Shown here piece after piece: positions 58,575 through 64,000 of a DNA stretch of 64,000 nt. The position numbers and the translations under genes are program-made. This DNA is from the human T2T-CHM13v2.0 reference genome, Homo sapiens: the NCBI RefSeq assembly GCF_009914755.1, contig NC_060929.1; one strand, 5' to 3'. Under the pieces are notes generated by a model. It did no database searches. It had not been told where the DNA came from and saw nothing but the letters and a program-made list of their open reading frames with translations. How positions within the stretch are numbered: position 1 is the first letter of the stretch; every line of letters begins with the position of its first letter.

Positions 58575-60425
58575 AGATCTTAGGTGAGCACTCATAGTAC
58601 CCGGTTTTAACTTCATATTGCTGACAGAGCCAGTGAAGAGACTGAAAAACAGTCCTGAATCTCTAATGCCACCCCGAGCAGCTGTGGTGGCATGGCATGG
58701 AGAGCATATCTGATTGCTGGTGGAGGAAGAACACAACAATTGTGAGGCATTGAAATCACCGCCGTCCTGTTGGAGCATGAAGGAAAACTGGACCAAACTC
58801 AGCTGACACTTGTCCATGGAGGGAGCATTTAAAACCAGCCTTACCCAAAGGGTAATCTCCAATCCTAGTGGTCCAAACTTGAGTTCCCACAAACCTTGCC
58901 ACCAAGGACTACAGTGCTCTGTGTCTCCAAGTAAACTTGAAAGGCAGTCTAGGCCATAAGGACTGCAACTCTTAGGTGAGTCCTAGTGCTGAACTAGGCC
59001 CAGAGACAGTTGACTGGGTGTTGGGGGCAGGGCGTGTGACATACTGAGACACTAGCTAGGGCAGCCAAGGGAGTGCTGGCATCACCCCTTCCCTAACCCC
59101 AGGCTGCACAGCTCTTGGCTCCAAAAAAGACCCCATCCTTCTGCTTGAGAACAAGAGAGGAAAGAGTGGGAAGGACATTGTCTTGCATCTTGCATACCAG
59201 CTCAACCACAGCAGGATAGGGCACTGGTCGGGGTCATGAGGCCCCCATCGAAGCCCTAGCTCTCAGATAACATTTCTAGATATGACCTGGGCCAGAAGGG
59301 AACCCACTGCCTTGAAAGAAAGAACCCAGTCCTGGCAGCATTCATTACCCGCTAAGTGAAGAGCCCGTGGACCCTGAACAACCTTCCTCAAGCAGAAGGA
59401 AGGTGTCTCTTTTGGAGCCAAGAGCTGTGCAGCCTGACATTAGGGAAAGAGTGATGCCAGCACTCCCTTGGCTGCCCTAGCTGGTGTCTCAGTATGTCAC
59501 ATGCCCTACCCCCAACACCCAGTCAACTGTCTCTGGGCCTAGTTCAGATACCTAGGTACTACCTTGAAGGCCTCAGGTGAACCTCCAAGACTTGCTGGCT
59601 TCAGGTACCAGCATGGCCACAGTCGGGTAGAACAGCAAGCATGCTCTTAGAGTGCCCAAGTCCGGGACTTGACTCTTGGATAGCATTTCTGGACCTGCCC
59701 TCGGCCAGAGGGGAGCCCACTGCCCTAAAGTTTGCATCTCAGGCCAGGCAGTGTTCGCCACAGGCTGACTTAAGAGCTCTTAGGCCTTTAGGGAACATCA
59801 GCAGTGGTCTGGCAGTACTTGTTGTGGCCCGGAGTGGCAGTGGCTGCAGGGTGAGACTTCTCTGCCTTTGGAAAGAGGAGGGAAGAGTGGGAAGAACTGC
59901 ATCTTGTGATTGAGTGCCAGCTTAGTCTCAGTACAATAGAACACCAGGTAGTCTTGTAAAGTTTTTGACTCTAATCTCTGACTTCCAGGTGGCACCTCTG
60001 GACCCACCCAGTGCCTGGGGAACCTTGTTTCCTTATGGGGAAGGACATAAGCAATTTAATTTAATTTAATTTAATTTAATTTAATTTAATTTAATTTCAG
60101 CAATATGAAGTTAAAACCAGGTACATAAGCCTGGCTGACTTTGTCACCTGCTTGTGATGGAGCCCCAGGTCCTTGAGTGAACATAGGCAGTAGTCAGGGA
60201 GTAATTACAGCAGACCTTGGGTGAGACCCAGTGCTGTGTTGGCTTCATGCTTGATCCAGCAAAGTCAAAGTCATGGTGACCACAGTGGTGCTTGTGTCAC
60301 TCCATCCCCAGCTTTAGGTGGCTCAGAACAGAGAGACTCTATTTGTTTGTGAGAAAATAAGGAAAGAGAACAAGCTTCTCTGCCAGGTAATCCAGAAAAT
60401 TCTCCCAGATCTTGTCCAAGACCAT
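58575..60425 (+). mobile_element. L1M1/L1MA-type 5'UTR, rearranged, cut by MSTA
   Basis: aggtgagcactcatagtacccggttttaacttcata... and repeated ggccaga(a/g)gggga(a/g)cccactgcc units typical of these 5'UTRs. Confidence 0.75.
60053..60097. repeat. (AATTT)9 microsatellite
   Basis: Direct reading. Confidence 0.95.
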
Positions 60426-61449
60426 TGTATTAGTCAGTTCTTGCATTGCTATAAAGAAATGTCTGAGACTGGGTAATTGATAAGAAAAGAGGTTTAATTG
60501 GCTCACAGTTCTGCAGGCTTTACAGGAAGCATAGTGGCTTCTGCTTCTAGGGAGGCCTCAGGAAACTTACAATCATGGCAGAAAGTGAAGCAGAAGCAGA
60601 CAGTCCTTATATGGCCAGAGCAGGAGGAAGAGAGCAAGTGGGAAGGTGCCACACACTTTTTTAAAAAATCAGATCTTTGAGAACTCACTCACCATCATGA
60701 GAACGTCACCAAGATGGTGCTAAACTATTCATGAAGGATCCACCTGCATGATTCAATCACCTCCCACCATGCCCTACCTCCAACACTGGGGATTACAATT
60801 CAACATGAGATTTGGGCAGGGACACATATCCAAACCATATCATTCCGCCCCTGGCCCCTCTCAAATCCCATGTCCTTCTCACATTTCAGAATACAATCAT
60901 GCCTTCCTGTAAAGCCTTAACTCATTCCAGTCTTAACTCAAAAGTCCACAGTCCAAAGTCTCATCTGAGACAAGGCTAGTCCCTTCTGACTATGAGCCCA
61001 TAAAACAAAAAACAAGTTATTTACTTCCAAGATACAATGGAAGTATAGGCATTGGATAAATACTCCCATTCCGAGAGAGAAATCAGCCAAAAGAAAAGAG
61101 CTACAGGCCCCATGCAAGTCCAAAACCCAGCAGGGTAGTCATTAAATCTTAAAGCTCCAAAATAACTCCCTTTGACTCCATGTCTTGCATCCAGGACATA
61201 CTGATGCAAGGGGTGGGGTTCCAAGGTCTTGGGCAGCCCCACCCCTGTGGCTTTGCAGAGTTCAGTCCCCATGTCTGTTGTCTTGGGCTGGCACTGAGTG
61301 CCTGAAGTTCTTCCAGGCAATAGTTGCAAGCTGCCAGTGTGTCCATCATTCTGGAGGCTGGAGGCCCTCTTCTCACAGCTCCACCAGTCAGTGTTCCAGT
61401 GGGGACTCTCTGTGGGAGTTCTAACCCCACAGTTCCCCTCCACACTGCC

Positions 61450-63772
61450 TAATATGGTTGGGCTGTGTCCACACCCAAATCTTATTTTGAATTGCAGTTC
61501 CCATAATCCCCATGTGTCATGGGAAGGGCCAGGTAGAGATAATTGAATAATGGAGGTGGTTTCCCCCATCCTGTTCTGATGATAGTGAGTTAGTTCTCAC
61601 AAGATCTTATGGTTTGATAAGGGGCTTCCCCCTACACTGAGCTCTTATTCTCTCTGCTGCCACCCTGTGAAGAGGTGCCTTCTGCCATGACTGTAATTTT
61701 CCTGAGGCCTCCCCAGCCATGTGGAACTGTGAGTCAGTAAAACCTCTGTTATTTATAAATTACACAGTCTTGAGTATTTCTTCATAGCAGTGTGAGAATG
61801 GATTAATATAGTAGATTGATACCTCAGGGAGTGGGGTACTGCTATAAGGGTGCTCAAAAATGTGGAGGCAGCTTTGGAACTGGGTAACAGGCAGAGGTTT
61901 GAATAGTTTTGAGGGCTCAGAAGAAGATAGGAAAATGTGGCAAAGTTTTGAACTTCCTAGGCACTTGGAGGGCTCAGAAGACAGGAAGATGTGGGAAAGC
62001 TTGGAACTTCATAGAGGCTTGGTGAATGGCTTTGACCAAAATGCTGATAGTGATATGGACAATAAAGGTCACACTGAGGTGGTCTCAGATGGAGATGAGG
62101 AACTTATTGGGAACTGGAGCAAAGATGACTGTTATTATGCTTTAGCAAAGAAACTGGCGGGATTTCATCCCTGCCCTAGAGATCTGTGAAACTTTAAACT
62201 TGAGAGAGATGATTCAGGGTTATTTGGTGGAAGAAATTTCCAAGCAGCACAGCATTCAAGAGGATGCAAGGCATGAAAGTTTGGAAAATTCACAGGAAAA
62301 AAAAATTTCTGGGGATAAATTCAAGCTAGCTGCAGAAATTTGCATAAATAATGAGGAGTCCAATGTTAATCCCCAAGACAATGGGGAAAATGTCTCCAGG
62401 GCATGTCAGCCACCTTTGTGGCAGCCCCTTCTATCACAGGCCTGGAGGCAGAGGAGAAAAAAACATGGCTTCATGGGCCCCACCCAGGGCCCCCACTTTT
62501 GTGTGCAGCCTAGGAACTTGGTGCCCTGCATCCCAGCTGCTCCAGCTGTGGCTAAAAGGGGCCAAGGTACAGCTTGGGCTGTGGCTTCAGAAGGTGCAAA
62601 CCCCAAGCCTTGGCAGCTTCCATGTGGTGTTGAGTCTGTAGGTGCAGAGAAGTTAAGAATTAAGGTTTGGGAACCTCTGCTTAGATTTCAGAGGATGTAT
62701 GTAAGCACCTGGATGTCCAGGCAGAAGTTTGCTGCAGGGTTGGAGCCCTCGTCAAGAACATCTGCCAGGACAGCAAAGGAGGGAAATGTGGGGTCAGAGC
62801 CCCCACACAGAGTCCCCAATGGAGCACTGCCTAGTGAAGCTGTGAGAAGAGGGCCACTGTCCTCTAGATCCCAGAATGGTAGATCCACTAACAGTGTGTG
62901 CTGTGTCTCTGGAAAAGCTGCAGGCACTCAATGCCAGCCTGCGAAAGCAGCTGGGAGTGTGGCTGTACCCTGCAAAGCCACAGAGGCAGAGCTGACCAAG
63001 GCCATGGGAGCCCACCTCTTGCATCAGTGTGACATGGATGTGAGACATGGAGTCAAAGGAGATCATTTTGGGATTTTAAGATTTAATGACTATCCTGTTG
63101 GATTTTGGACTTCCATGGGGCCTATAGCCCCTTTGTTTGGGCCAGTTTCTCCCATTTGGAATGGGCATATATGCCCAATGCCTGTACCCTCATTATATCT
63201 AGGAATAACTAACTTGCTTTTGTTTTTATGAAGCTCCTAGGTGGAAGGGACTTGCCTTGTCTCAGATGAGACTTTGGACTTGGACCTTTGAGTTAATGCT
63301 GGAATGAGTTAAGATTTTGGAGAACTGTTGGAAGAGCATCACTGTGTTTTGAATTGTGAGAACATGAGATTTGGGAGGGGGCAGGAGTGGAGTGATATGG
63401 GTTGGCTGTGTCCCCACCCAAATCTCATCTTGAATTGTAGTTCCCATAATCCCCATGTGTTGTGAGAAGGGCCAGGTGGAGATAATTGAATCATGATAAT
63501 TGAATAATTGAATAATAACTGTTTCCCTTATCCTCTTCTCATGATAATGAGTTAGTTATCGTGAGATCTGATGGTTTTATAAGGGGTTTCCCCCTTCACT
63601 GGTCTCTCATTCTCTCTCCTGCCACCCTGTGAAGAGGTGCCTTCAACCATGATTGTAATTTTCCTGAGGTCTCCCCAGCCATGTGGAACTGTCAGTCAAT
63701 TAAAGCTCTTCTATTTACAAATTATCCAGTCTCGGGTATTTCTCCATAGCAGTGTGAGAACAGACTAATTCA
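61450..63772 (+). mobile_element. Complete THE1 (C/D-like) MaLR element
   Basis: 5' LTR 61450-61810, internal 61811-63392, 3' LTR 63393-63772; TSD ctgcc/ttgcc. Confidence 0.92.
61860..63231 (+). pseudogene. MaLR internal ORF remnant (109 aa + 343 aa pieces)
   Basis: MWRQLWNWVTGRG...EVVSDGDEELIGNW...CPRDL, then a stop and a frameshift, then 343 open codons. Confidence 0.75.
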
Positions 63773-64000
63773 TTGCCCTAGTAGAGGTTCTCCATGAGGG
63801 CTCTGACCCTGCAGCAGGCTTATGCCTGGACACCTAGGCTTTTCAATACATCCTCTGAAATCTATGCAGAGGCTTCCAACCCTCAACCCTTGCACTCTGC
63901 AACCACAGGCTTAACACCACATGAAAGATATCAAGGCTTTCTGTTTGCACCCTCTGAAGAAGTGACCTGAGCTGTACCTAGGTCCTTTGAGCCACCACTG

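Larger units (their letters stand above)
60426..64000 (-). mobile_element. MSTA-like LTR (60426-60842) plus internal region, interrupted by THE1; runs off the window
   Basis: tgtattagtcagttcttgcattgctataaag...caaaccatatca; internal sequence resumes at 63778. Confidence 0.88.

Noticed and set aside
61021-61569. 182-aa minus-strand ORF
   Set aside because: Chimera of antisense THE1 LTR and MSTA internal sequence

Overview
Primate (most likely human) non-coding genomic DNA, either gene desert or large intron. No protein-coding gene, rRNA, tRNA or CRISPR array is supportable. Roughly half or more of the window is interspersed repeat: a full-length but dead L1PB-type LINE (~3050-10672) carrying a MER61-type LTR and an Alu; other old L1 pieces, including a twin-primed L1MA and an L1M 5'UTR; about 11 Alu/FLAM elements; MER52A; nested MLT1s; MSTC LTRs; a two-LTR MSTB-like MaLR; a THE1 element inside MSTA inside L1; Tigger2a, MER20, MER58A and MADE1 DNA transposons; and many MIR/L2 fragments. 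Nearly all listed ORFs are repeat-derived or chance. The most unusual structures seen directly are three locally templated inverted insertions inside L1s, an unassigned 118-bp hairpin, a four-monomer chimeric Alu, a nearly continuous MaLR internal ORF, two well-formed candidate + strand exons, CTCF/DUX4/E-box/G4 motifs, and several TE-free motif-dense islands. I found no convincing evidence of a new multi-gene system. Repeat family names come from recalled consensus sequences, not a database search, and boundaries of old repeats are approximate.
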